Shown: in pieces, positions 8,738 through 16,142 of the stretch
Layout of the letters: every line of letters begins with the position of its first letter
Numbering within the stretch: the first letter of the stretch is position 1
Source of the DNA: Alphaproteobacteria bacterium
GTDB taxonomy: Bacteria; Pseudomonadota; Alphaproteobacteria; G965222575
Reading direction: 5' to 3'
Assembly (NCBI GenBank): GCA_965222575.1
Contig: OZ244958.1
Location: 864,001-928,000, forward strand
DNA: 64,000 nucleotides
The notes under the pieces: generated by a model
What the model saw: the letters and a program-made list of their open reading frames with translations, nothing else
Database searches by the model: none
Told to the model about the DNA's origin: nothing
Program-made: the position numbers and the translations under genes

Positions 8738-10372
8738 CTATTGCCCACCCTTGCTTTTCAGATACTCTATTACCTCAGAGAGGTGCTTCTTTTCTTCTTC
8801 ATCCGTTGTTTCTTTTAATGCCTCCTCTGCCAAATGGAGCGGTGTCCCCCCGTCCTTGTCCTTTGCCTTCACATATGCTTCCACTAGGAACACCACAATC
8901 TCCTTGTGTCCCTTAACGGCTGCCACATGGAGCGGTGTTGAACCGTTGTTGGCCTGTGCGTGGATATCTGCCCCCTTCTCTACAAAAAACTCCACAACCT
9001 CCTTGTGTCCATGTCTAACTGCCTTATGGAGCGGTGTTGCACCGTTGTTGGCCTGTACGTGGAGTGAAGCCCCCTTCTCCAAAAGACCCTTCGCTACTGC
9101 CTTGTGTCCATGTTTAGCTGCACCATGGAGCGGTGTTGCGCCGTTGTTGGCCTGTGCGTGGATATCTGCCCCCTTCTCTACAAAGAACTCCACTATCTCC
9201 TTGTGTCCATGTTTAGCTGCACCATGGAGCGGTGTAGTGCCGTCATAGTCCTGTGCATTCACAAAAGCCCCCTGCTCTACAAAGAATTCCACAACCTCCT
9301 TGTGCCCATTAGAGACTGCCCTGTGCAGCGGTGTCCCCCCGTCCTTGTCCTGTGCATGCACATTAGCCCCCTGCGCTACAAAGAACTCCACAACCTCCTT
9401 GTGTCCATTAGAGACTGCCCTGTGCAGCGGTGTCCCCCCGTCCTTGTCCTGTGCATTCACAGAAGCCCCCTGGGCTACAAAAAACTCCACTATCTCCTTG
9501 TGTCCCTCATAGGTCGCCTTATGGAGCGGTGTTGCGCCGCCCTTGTCCTTTGCATTCACCTCCGCCCCCTGCGCTACAAAAAACTCCACAACCTCCTTGT
9601 GTCCCTGATAGGCTGCCTTATGGAGCGGTGTCTCGCCGTTGCTGGCCTTCGCATTCCCCTCCGCCCCCTTCTCCACTAAAAATGCCACTATCTCCTTGTG
9701 TCCCTCATAGGCTGCTTTATGGAGCGGTGTCTCGCCGCCCTTGTCCTTCGCATTCCCCTCCGCCCCCTTCTCTACAAAGAACTCCACTATCTCCTTGTGT
9801 CCCTGATAGGATGCCTTATGGAGCGGTGTCTCGCCGCCTTTGTCCTTTGCATTCACCTCCGCCCCCTGCACCACTAGGAACGCCACAATCTCCTTGTGTC
9901 CCTCATAGGCACCCCAATGGAGCGGTGTCTCGCCGTCATAGTCCTGTGCATGCACATCTGCCCCCTTCTCCAAAAGACCCTCCACTACCTCCTTGTGTCC
10001 CTGATAGGTTGCCCTATGGAGCGGTGTCTCGCCGCCCTTGTCCTGCGCCTTCACATCTGCCCCCTTCTCCAAAAGACCCTCCACTACCTCCTTGTGTCCC
10101 TCATAGGCTGCCCAATGGAGCGGTGTATCGCCGCCCTTGTCCTTTGCCTTTACATCCGCCCCCTTCTCCACAAGAACCTCCGCCACTGCCTTGTTTCCTG
10201 CCCTATGGAGCGGTGTCTCGCCGCCCTTGTCCTGTGCCTTCACATCTGCCCCCTTCTCCAAAAGACCCTCCACTACCTCCTTGTGTCCCTGATAGGCTGC
10301 CTCATGGAGCGGTGTCCAGCCTTCCTTGTCCTGTGCATTCACATCTTCCCCTTTCTTCATAAGACCCTCCAC
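8738..10372 (-). CDS. ANK3: ankyrin-repeat protein, 15 repeats plus C-cap, N-terminus truncated
   Basis: 544 aa ORF of TPLH.A...GHKE.VE..VEKGA.V.A.D repeats that begins mid-repeat. A likely start is ATG 10360, with GGAGG 5 nt upstream. Confidence 0.9.
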   Translation of the reverse strand: MEGLMKKGEDVNAQDKEGWTPLHEAAYQGHKEVVEGLLEKGADVKAQDKGGETPLHRAGNKAVAEVLVEKGADVKAKDKGGDTPLHWAAYEGHKEVVEGLLEKGADVKAQDKGGETPLHRATYQGHKEVVEGLLEKGADVHAQDYDGETPLHWGAYEGHKEIVAFLVVQGAEVNAKDKGGETPLHKASYQGHKEIVEFFVEKGAEGNAKDKGGETPLHKAAYEGHKEIVAFLVEKGAEGNAKASNGETPLHKAAYQGHKEVVEFFVAQGAEVNAKDKGGATPLHKATYEGHKEIVEFFVAQGASVNAQDKDGGTPLHRAVSNGHKEVVEFFVAQGANVHAQDKDGGTPLHRAVSNGHKEVVEFFVEQGAFVNAQDYDGTTPLHGAAKHGHKEIVEFFVEKGADIHAQANNGATPLHGAAKHGHKAVAKGLLEKGASLHVQANNGATPLHKAVRHGHKEVVEFFVEKGADIHAQANNGSTPLHVAAVKGHKEIVVFLVEAYVKAKDKDGGTPLHLAEEALKETTDEEEKKHLSEVIEYLKSKGGQ

Positions 10373-10406
10373 TATTGTCTTGTGCCCATTAGAGGCTACT
10401 AATCAT

Positions 10407-10447
10407 GGATAAGAAGGTATAATTAAGAAAAGGATAAGAAGGTATAA
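10407..10447. repeat. 16-bp direct repeat GGATAAGAAGGTATAA x2 (25-bp period)
   Basis: Copies at 10407-10422 and 10432-10447, in the 5' region of ANK3. Confidence 0.85.
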
Positions 10448-10449
10448 AT

Positions 10450-10519
10450 ATTGTCATGTTGTTAGGGTATGACTCTCTCGGGTTTCCTATCAAGTCAAGC
10501 CCCTAAGGCACAAAGGCTA
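10450..10519 (-). promoter_or_regulatory. Repeated inter-ankyrin spacer, copy C, putative leaderless promoter
   Basis: TTGATA (10488-10493), N18, TACCCT (10464-10469), N6, ATG (10457). The spacer bases have diverged but the length is kept. Confidence 0.55.
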
Positions 10520-10525
10520 GATTAC

Positions 10526-11947
10526 TTACGCCCCCTTGCTTTTCAGATACGCTATCACCTCTTTTAAGCGCTTCTTTTCTTCTTCGTCTGTTGTTTCTTT
10601 TAATGCCTCTTTTGCAATATAGAGCGGTGTTGCGAAGTCCTTGTCCTGTGCGTGGATATTTGCCCCCTTCTCCTCTACAAAGAACACCACTACCTCCTTG
10701 TGTCCCTTCAAGGCTGCCACATGGAGCGGTGTGATGCCGTTATCGTCCTGTGCATTCACATCTGCCCCCTTCTCTACAAAGAACGCCACTACCTCCTTGT
10801 GCCCCCTTAAGGTTGCCATATGGAGCGGTGTTGCGCCGTCATTGGTCTTTGCCTTCATATCCGCCCCCTGGGCTACAAAGAATACCACTTCCTCCATGTG
10901 CCCATTCAAGGCTGCAAAATGGAGCGGTGTCCAGCCGTACTCATCGTCCTGTGCATTGGCATCAGCACCCTTGCTCAGATACGCCACTACCTCCTTATGC
11001 CCATGGGTGGCTGCCAAATGGAGCGGTGTCATGCCTTCATCGTCCTGTGCCTTCACATCCGCCCCCTGGGCTACAAAGAACGCCACCACCTCCATGTACC
11101 CATAGATGGCTGCCAAATGGAGCGGTGTCCTGCCGTCCTCGTTCTGTGCATTCACATCTGCCCCCGCTTCCACTAGGAATGCCACCACCTCCTTGTGCCC
11201 CCTTAAGGCTGCCACATGGAGCGGTGTATTGCCGTCATAGTTCTGTGCATTCACATCTGCCCCCTGCAGCACTAGGAACGCCACCACCACCTTGTGCCCA
11301 AAAAAGATTGCCCCATGGAGCGGTGTATAGCCGTCATTGTGCTCCTTTGCATTCACATCCGCCCCCTGCACTACAAGGAATACCACTTCCTCCATGTGCC
11401 CTATTAAGGCTGCCAGATAGAGCGGTGTATAGCCGTGCTCGTTCTTTGCATGCACATCTGTCTCCTTGCTTTTCAGATACGCCACTACCTCCTTGTGCTT
11501 CTCATAGGCTGCCAAATAGAGCGGTGTTAAGCCGTGCTCGTTCTGTGCCTTCACATCTGCCCCCTTCTCTACAAGAATTTCCACTATCTCCTTGTGCCCC
11601 GCATAGGCACCCATATGGAGCGGTGTATTGCCGTCCTCGTTCTGTGCATTCACATTCGCACCCTTCTCCACTAGGTACTCCACAATCTCCTTGTGCCCAA
11701 GGGTGGTTGCCATATGGAGCGGTGTATAGCCGTCCTCGTTCTGTGCATGCACATCCGCCCCCTTCTCCTCCACTAGGAACACCACTTCCTCCTTGTGCCC
11801 TTCTAAGGCTGCCCTATGGAGCGGTGTCCAGCCGTACGGACCGTCCTGTGCATTCCCCTCCGCCCCCTGCGCCACTTCATGAATTGGGGCGCAAAAGCCT
11901 TCACTCATAGCAAACAAAAAGACAACACAAATAAGTAAACGGCTCAT
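10526..11947 (-). CDS. ANK2: signal-peptide ankyrin-repeat protein, 12 repeats plus C-cap
   Basis: N-terminal MSRLLICVVFLFAMSEGFCAP followed by 33-34 aa ankyrin repeats; GAGGAG upstream of the ATG. Confidence 0.93.
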   Translation of the reverse strand: MSRLLICVVFLFAMSEGFCAPIHEVAQGAEGNAQDGPYGWTPLHRAALEGHKEEVVFLVEEKGADVHAQNEDGYTPLHMATTLGHKEIVEYLVEKGANVNAQNEDGNTPLHMGAYAGHKEIVEILVEKGADVKAQNEHGLTPLYLAAYEKHKEVVAYLKSKETDVHAKNEHGYTPLYLAALIGHMEEVVFLVVQGADVNAKEHNDGYTPLHGAIFFGHKVVVAFLVLQGADVNAQNYDGNTPLHVAALRGHKEVVAFLVEAGADVNAQNEDGRTPLHLAAIYGYMEVVAFFVAQGADVKAQDDEGMTPLHLAATHGHKEVVAYLSKGADANAQDDEYGWTPLHFAALNGHMEEVVFFVAQGADMKAKTNDGATPLHMATLRGHKEVVAFFVEKGADVNAQDDNGITPLHVAALKGHKEVVVFFVEEKGANIHAQDKDFATPLYIAKEALKETTDEEEKKRLKEVIAYLKSKGA

Positions 11948-12039
11948 CCTCTCCTCGCAAAATTTCTATACATTAGTCTATCCTTTCTTTGTAGCGTTTG
12001 CAATTAAGATAACGCCGCCACTTTGTCCAACTTGACCGC
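11884..12039 (-). repeat. 156-bp duplicated module (promoter, RBS and signal peptide), copy 1
   Basis: Near-identical to 12933-13088; the signal-peptide coding part is identical. Confidence 0.9.
11975..12003 (-). promoter_or_regulatory. Putative sigma70 promoter of ANK2
   Basis: TTGCAA-N17-TAGACT on the minus strand; both boxes are conserved in the second copy. Confidence 0.6.
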
Positions 12040-12054
12040 TCTGTGGAGTAAGGT

Positions 12055-12093
12055 TCTGCTCTCCTGTCAAGTCAAGCCCCTAAGGCACAAAAA
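12055..12093 (-). repeat. Repeated inter-ankyrin spacer, copy D (truncated, lacks the -10/ATG half)
   Basis: TCTGCTCTCCTGTCAAGTCAAGCCCCTAAGGCACAAA matches copy A. Confidence 0.85.
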
Positions 12094-12996
12094 CTATTGC
12101 GCCCCCTTGCTTTTCAGATACGCCACTATCTCCTTGTGCTTCGCATAGACTGCCAAATGCAGCGGTGTATTGCCGTGCTCGTTCTTTGCATTCACATCTG
12201 CCCCTGCCTCCACAAGAACTTCCACTATCTCCTTGTGCCCCGCATAGGTACCCAAATGCAGCGGTGTATTGCCGCGCTCGTTCTTTGCATTCACAGAAGC
12301 CCCCTTCTCTACAAGAACTTCCACTATCTCCTTGTGCCCCGCATAGGTACCCAAATGCAGCGGTGTATAGCCGTCCTTGCCCTTTGTATTCAAATTCGCC
12401 CCCTTCTCTACAAAGAACACCACTTCCTCCTTGCGCCCTTCTAAGGCTGCCTCATGGAGCGGTGTATTGCCGTCCTTGTTTTTTGCATTTACATCTGCCC
12501 CCTTCTTTACAAGAACTTCTACTATCTCCTTGTGCCTAAGGGTGGCTGCCCTATGGAGCGGTGTCACGCCCTCCTTGTCCTTTGCATTCATATCCGCCCC
12601 CTGCTCTGCAAGAACTTCCACTATCTCCTTGTGCCTAAGGTAGGCTGCCCTATGGAGCGCTGTAGTGCCGTCCTTGTCCTTGATATTGATATCAGCCCCT
12701 GCCTTCACAAGAACTTTCACTACCTCCTTGTGCCTAAGGTAGGCTGCCACATGGAGCGGTGTCCTGCCCTGCTTGTTCTTTGCATTTACATCCGCCCCCT
12801 GCGCCACTAAGGATGCCACCACCTCCTTGTACCCACTAGAGGCTGCCCGATGGAGCGGTGTAGTGCCGTCCTCGTCCTCTGTATCCTGTGTATCCTCTGT
12901 ATCCATAGAAGCCCCATTCTCCTCTTCTTCAGTTGGGGCGCAAAAGCCTTCACTCATAGCAAACAAAAAGACAACACAAATAAGTAAACGGCTCAT
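12094..12996 (-). CDS. ANK1: signal-peptide ankyrin-repeat protein, acidic linker plus 8 repeats
   Basis: Same signal peptide as ANK2, linker TEEEENGASMDTEDTQDTEDED, 8 TPLH/TALH repeats, ends AYLKSKGAQ. Confidence 0.93.
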   Translation of the reverse strand: MSRLLICVVFLFAMSEGFCAPTEEEENGASMDTEDTQDTEDEDGTTPLHRAASSGYKEVVASLVAQGADVNAKNKQGRTPLHVAAYLRHKEVVKVLVKAGADINIKDKDGTTALHRAAYLRHKEIVEVLAEQGADMNAKDKEGVTPLHRAATLRHKEIVEVLVKKGADVNAKNKDGNTPLHEAALEGRKEEVVFFVEKGANLNTKGKDGYTPLHLGTYAGHKEIVEVLVEKGASVNAKNERGNTPLHLGTYAGHKEIVEVLVEAGADVNAKNEHGNTPLHLAVYAKHKEIVAYLKSKGAQ

Positions 12997-13088
12997 CCTC
13001 TCCTCGCAAAATTTCTATACATTAGTCTATCCTTGCTTTGTAGTGTTTGCAATTAAGATAATAACGCCTCTTTGTGCAACTTCACCGC
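12933..13088 (-). repeat. 156-bp duplicated module (promoter, RBS and signal peptide), copy 2
   Basis: Near-identical to 11884-12039; contains TTGCAA (13047-13052)-N17-TAGACT (13024-13029). Confidence 0.9.
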
Positions 13089-13251
13089 AAGAGCCTTTAT
13101 TAGAGACTTTTTTCACTTGAAAAAAGAAAATAAAAAAACGCTAGGCACTCTCAAAAGTATATGCTATCTTTTACTCCCTGTTGGTATTTTCTTCGGGATG
13201 TGATGAGAGTCCCTTACAAGCAAGTCACACAATGATTGCACACTAAACGAT

Positions 13252-13446
13252 ATGGCACGTTTATCTCCTGGTCTGTTCGTAAGGCAGGTAAGGCAAGAAG
13301 TTTCTAAAATTACCTGGCCGACTTTTCGTCAAACCTTACAGGGTCTTATGATGGTGTCTATCATTGTTTTTTTCGCCGCCTTGTTTTTTCTACTCATGGA
13401 TCAAATCTCTCAGATTATCGTGCGCTTTCTATTAGGCATATTATAA
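13252..13446 (+). CDS. secE: Preprotein translocase subunit SecE
   Basis: FVRQVRQEVSKITWP plus one TM helix; upstream of nusG. Confidence 0.93.
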   Translation: MARLSPGLFVRQVRQEVSKITWPTFRQTLQGLMMVSIIVFFAALFFLLMDQISQIIVRFLLGIL

Positions 13447-13465
13447 ACGGAAGTAACAACTAGTT

Positions 13466-13990
13466 ATGTCTTGGTATATTTTACATGTCAGATCAGGATA
13501 TGAGAAGCAAGTCTGTGAGACAATTCATAAACGCTTAGCCTCCGTTGGTATCAAGCAAAAAATTTCGGAGATTCTCATGCCCTCAGAAAAGGTAGTCTCT
13601 GTGAGACAAGGAAAAAAAGTGAATCGACAGAGGCAGTTTTTTCCCGGATATATGCTCCTTAAGATGGACATGACTGATGAGATGTATCAATTTGTCTCTA
13701 GGCTTCCTCATGTGTCCGGCTTTCTAGGAACAAAAGGGGTCCCTACAGCGATCACTGAGGAGGAAGTCGATGCTATTCGCACGAAAAATCAGGGAAATTT
13801 GAAAAAGACGGCGTCGGCTGTTCATTTTGATGTCGGCGAACAGATACGCATTTGTGATGGACCGTTTTTATTTTTTAATGGCTTTGTTGAAGAAGTCAAT
13901 GAAGAACGGAATCGTCTGAAGGTATCGGTAAAAATTTTTGGTCGTCAAACGCCAGTGGAATTAACTTACGCGCAAGTAGAAAAGCTATAA
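13466..13990 (+). CDS. nusG: Transcription termination/antitermination factor NusG
   Basis: WYILHVRSGYE, FFPGY, KOW motif, IFGRQTPVEL. Confidence 0.95.
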   Translation: MSWYILHVRSGYEKQVCETIHKRLASVGIKQKISEILMPSEKVVSVRQGKKVNRQRQFFPGYMLLKMDMTDEMYQFVSRLPHVSGFLGTKGVPTAITEEEVDAIRTKNQGNLKKTASAVHFDVGEQIRICDGPFLFFNGFVEEVNEERNRLKVSVKIFGRQTPVELTYAQVEKL

Positions 13991-13996
13991 AGATTC

Positions 13997-14422
13997 GTGG
14001 CTAAAGAAATTCAAGGATATATAAAAGTTGTCATACCGGCAGGGAAGGCTACGCCTGCTCCTCCTCTTGGGCCAGCTCTAGGACAAAGGAAAATCAACAT
14101 TATGGAGTTCTGTAAAGCCTTTAATACCCTAACTGCAAAAGACCCCCCCGGACAGCCCTTACCCACAATCATTACAGTTTACTCAGATAATAGTTTTGCT
14201 ATCAAAACAAAGGGGCCAACAACCTCTTACCTTATCAAACAGGCGCTTAAAATTGAAAAAGGCGGCGCTGAACCAGGACGAGTCATTGCAGGAAATCTCA
14301 AAGACACCCAGCTTACCTCCATTGCTAAAGACAAAATGAAAGACTTAAATACCTCTTCCCTTCCCGCCGCTAAGAAAATTGTAGCAGGGACAGCACGCTC
14401 CATGGGACTGGTGATAAAATAA
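13997..14422 (+). CDS. rplK: 50S ribosomal protein L11
   Basis: ATPAPPLGPALGQ, GTARSMG. Confidence 0.96.
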   Translation: MAKEIQGYIKVVIPAGKATPAPPLGPALGQRKINIMEFCKAFNTLTAKDPPGQPLPTIITVYSDNSFAIKTKGPTTSYLIKQALKIEKGGAEPGRVIAGNLKDTQLTSIAKDKMKDLNTSSLPAAKKIVAGTARSMGLVIK

Positions 14423-14439
14423 GCAAGAACACAGACAAC

Positions 14440-15141
14440 ATGACACCAAACCCCAGTAAGCGCTTTCAGAACATGACCCTGCAATCGGACAAAGTCTATG
14501 AACTAGCGGAAGGGATAGAGGTGATGCAATCCTGTGCTACAGCAAAATTTGATGAAACTGTTGAGATAGCAGTGAATCTCGGGGTGGATTCCAAAAAATC
14601 CACGCAAATGGTACGGGGGTTGGTACACTTGCCTCATGGGCGGGGAAAAACCTTGAAAATTGCTGTCTTTGCACAAGGAGATTCTGCACAGGAGGCCAAA
14701 ACAAGCAACGCAGACGCAGTGGGTGCTGAGGATTTGGTGAAAAAGATGGAAAAAGGGGATTGTGATTATGATGTGGTCATAGCAACCCCGGATTGCATGA
14801 GCATTGTTGGAAAGCTTGGCAAGATTTTAGGCCCTAAAGGCTTGATGCCTAATCCTAAAGATGGAACTGTCACAACAAGTGTCAATGCTACCATTGAAGC
14901 CTTGAAAAAGGGACAAGTCACCTTCAAAATGGACAAGGGCGGCGTGGTACATTGTCCCGTTGGAAAAGCAAGCTTTACAAAAGAACATCTAGTCAGTAAC
15001 ATAAGAGCCTTCTTATCAGCTGTCTTACAAGAAAAACCAAGTAGCGTCAAGAGACAATACATGAAGGATGTCATTTTATCTTCTACCATGGGGCCCGGCA
15101 TTCGCCTAAAAGCCACTAACCTTGCTGTGCTTGCTCCATGA
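14440..15141 (+). CDS. rplA: 50S ribosomal protein L1
   Basis: AKFDETVE, LGPKGLMPNPK, SSTMGPG. Confidence 0.96.
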   Translation: MTPNPSKRFQNMTLQSDKVYELAEGIEVMQSCATAKFDETVEIAVNLGVDSKKSTQMVRGLVHLPHGRGKTLKIAVFAQGDSAQEAKTSNADAVGAEDLVKKMEKGDCDYDVVIATPDCMSIVGKLGKILGPKGLMPNPKDGTVTTSVNATIEALKKGQVTFKMDKGGVVHCPVGKASFTKEHLVSNIRAFLSAVLQEKPSSVKRQYMKDVILSSTMGPGIRLKATNLAVLAP

Positions 15142-15641
15142 ACAGAGAACAAAAACAGGAGTTTGTCAAGCACTTGAAAGAGAGATTCACCGCACACTCC
15201 ATTCTCGTCGTGCAGTATAAAGGGCTAAAAACCTTTGAGCTTGAAGGGTTGAGAAAAGCTTTTCAAAGCAAAGGAAAATTGACTGTGATAAAAAACACTC
15301 TTGCCCGGCGCGCTTTAGAAGGCACAAACTTCCAAGACTTAGAGAACCTCTTCACAGGACAAACAGCAATCATTGGTAGCAATGATACTATAGCAACAGC
15401 AAAAATTCTCGTGGAGGAATCCAAAAAGCTACAGAACCTTGTCATTGTTGGGGGCAAGACAACTCTTGACGGAATGTTGACTCCTGAACAGATTAAACTC
15501 TTAGCCTCTTTACCCTCTTTAGAAGAAGCTCGTGGAACATTGGTGGGACTACTACAAAGACCGGCACAGCAGTTATTATCTTTGAAAAAAGCTGTCCTCT
15601 CAAAACTTCCAACCCTTCTCACCATAAAACCACAAGAATAA
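15138..15641 (+). CDS. rplJ: 50S ribosomal protein L10
   Basis: [20 protein letters not shown]; position between rplA and rplL. Confidence 0.94.
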   Translation: MNREQKQEFVKHLKERFTAHSILVVQYKGLKTFELEGLRKAFQSKGKLTVIKNTLARRALEGTNFQDLENLFTGQTAIIGSNDTIATAKILVEESKKLQNLVIVGGKTTLDGMLTPEQIKLLASLPSLEEARGTLVGLLQRPAQQLLSLKKAVLSKLPTLLTIKPQE

Positions 15642-15672
15642 AAATTCCACTAAATTCCAAGGAGAAAAAATA

Positions 15673-16053
15673 ATGAATAATCCCATTGAAAAACTTGCAG
15701 AAAATTTATCAAAACTCACAGTGAAAGAAGCGGTGGAATTATCCAAAATGCTAGAAGAACAATGGGGCGTATCAGCTGTTGCTCCTGCTGCTGTTACCGC
15801 CCCTGCTGCCACAGGAGAACCCACTAAAGAACAAGAAGAAAAAACCGCCTTTACCGTCGTCTTAACCGCTATAGGAGACAAAAAAATTAACGTCATTAAA
15901 GAAGTGAGAACAATTACAGGATTAGGCTTAAAAGAGTCCAAAGACCTTGTAGAGGCAACCCCAACCCCTCTCAAAAAAGAGGTCTCAAAGGAAGAAGCAG
16001 AAGACATACAAAAAAAACTAACAGAGGCAGGTGCTACAGTAGAGTTACAATAA
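15673..16053 (+). CDS. rplL: 50S ribosomal protein L7/L12
   Basis: [24 protein letters not shown]. Confidence 0.96.
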   Translation: MNNPIEKLAENLSKLTVKEAVELSKMLEEQWGVSAVAPAAVTAPAATGEPTKEQEEKTAFTVVLTAIGDKKINVIKEVRTITGLGLKESKDLVEATPTPLKKEVSKEEAEDIQKKLTEAGATVELQ

Positions 16054-16142
16054 CCTTATCTGAAAAATCTCTTGAAGAAGATTCCCGCTCCCTTCACGCT
16101 TCTTTGCACCACCCTTTGTCCATTGCTTCCTAAATACGTTCT

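Noticed and set aside
10400..10456. TGA read as Trp (genetic code 4), which would open the ANK3 leader
   Set aside because: TGA terminates conserved genes here (rplA, rplW, rpmD, glyS), and conserved Trp residues use TGG.
6530..12860. CRISPR-like array: ATGGAGCGGTGT recurring about every 99 bp
   Set aside because: It is the reverse complement of the TPLH codons of ankyrin repeats. The intervening DNA is homologous and coding, and no cas genes are present.
6437..12996. Diversity-generating retroelement as the source of repeat variation
   Set aside because: There is no reverse transcriptase or template/variable repeat pair in the window, and the differences do not appear limited to adenines.
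6432..13120. Long plus-strand ORFs (MERC..., Pro/Cys-rich, up to 386 aa)
   Set aside because: These are antisense shadows of the repetitive ankyrin genes, with no independent protein features.
13193..13199. TCGGGAT matching the tRNA-Arg 3' end as a possible attR, or a tRNA-Trp relic before secE
   Set aside because: The match is only 7 bp and expected by chance; no cloverleaf can be folded and no integrase is present.
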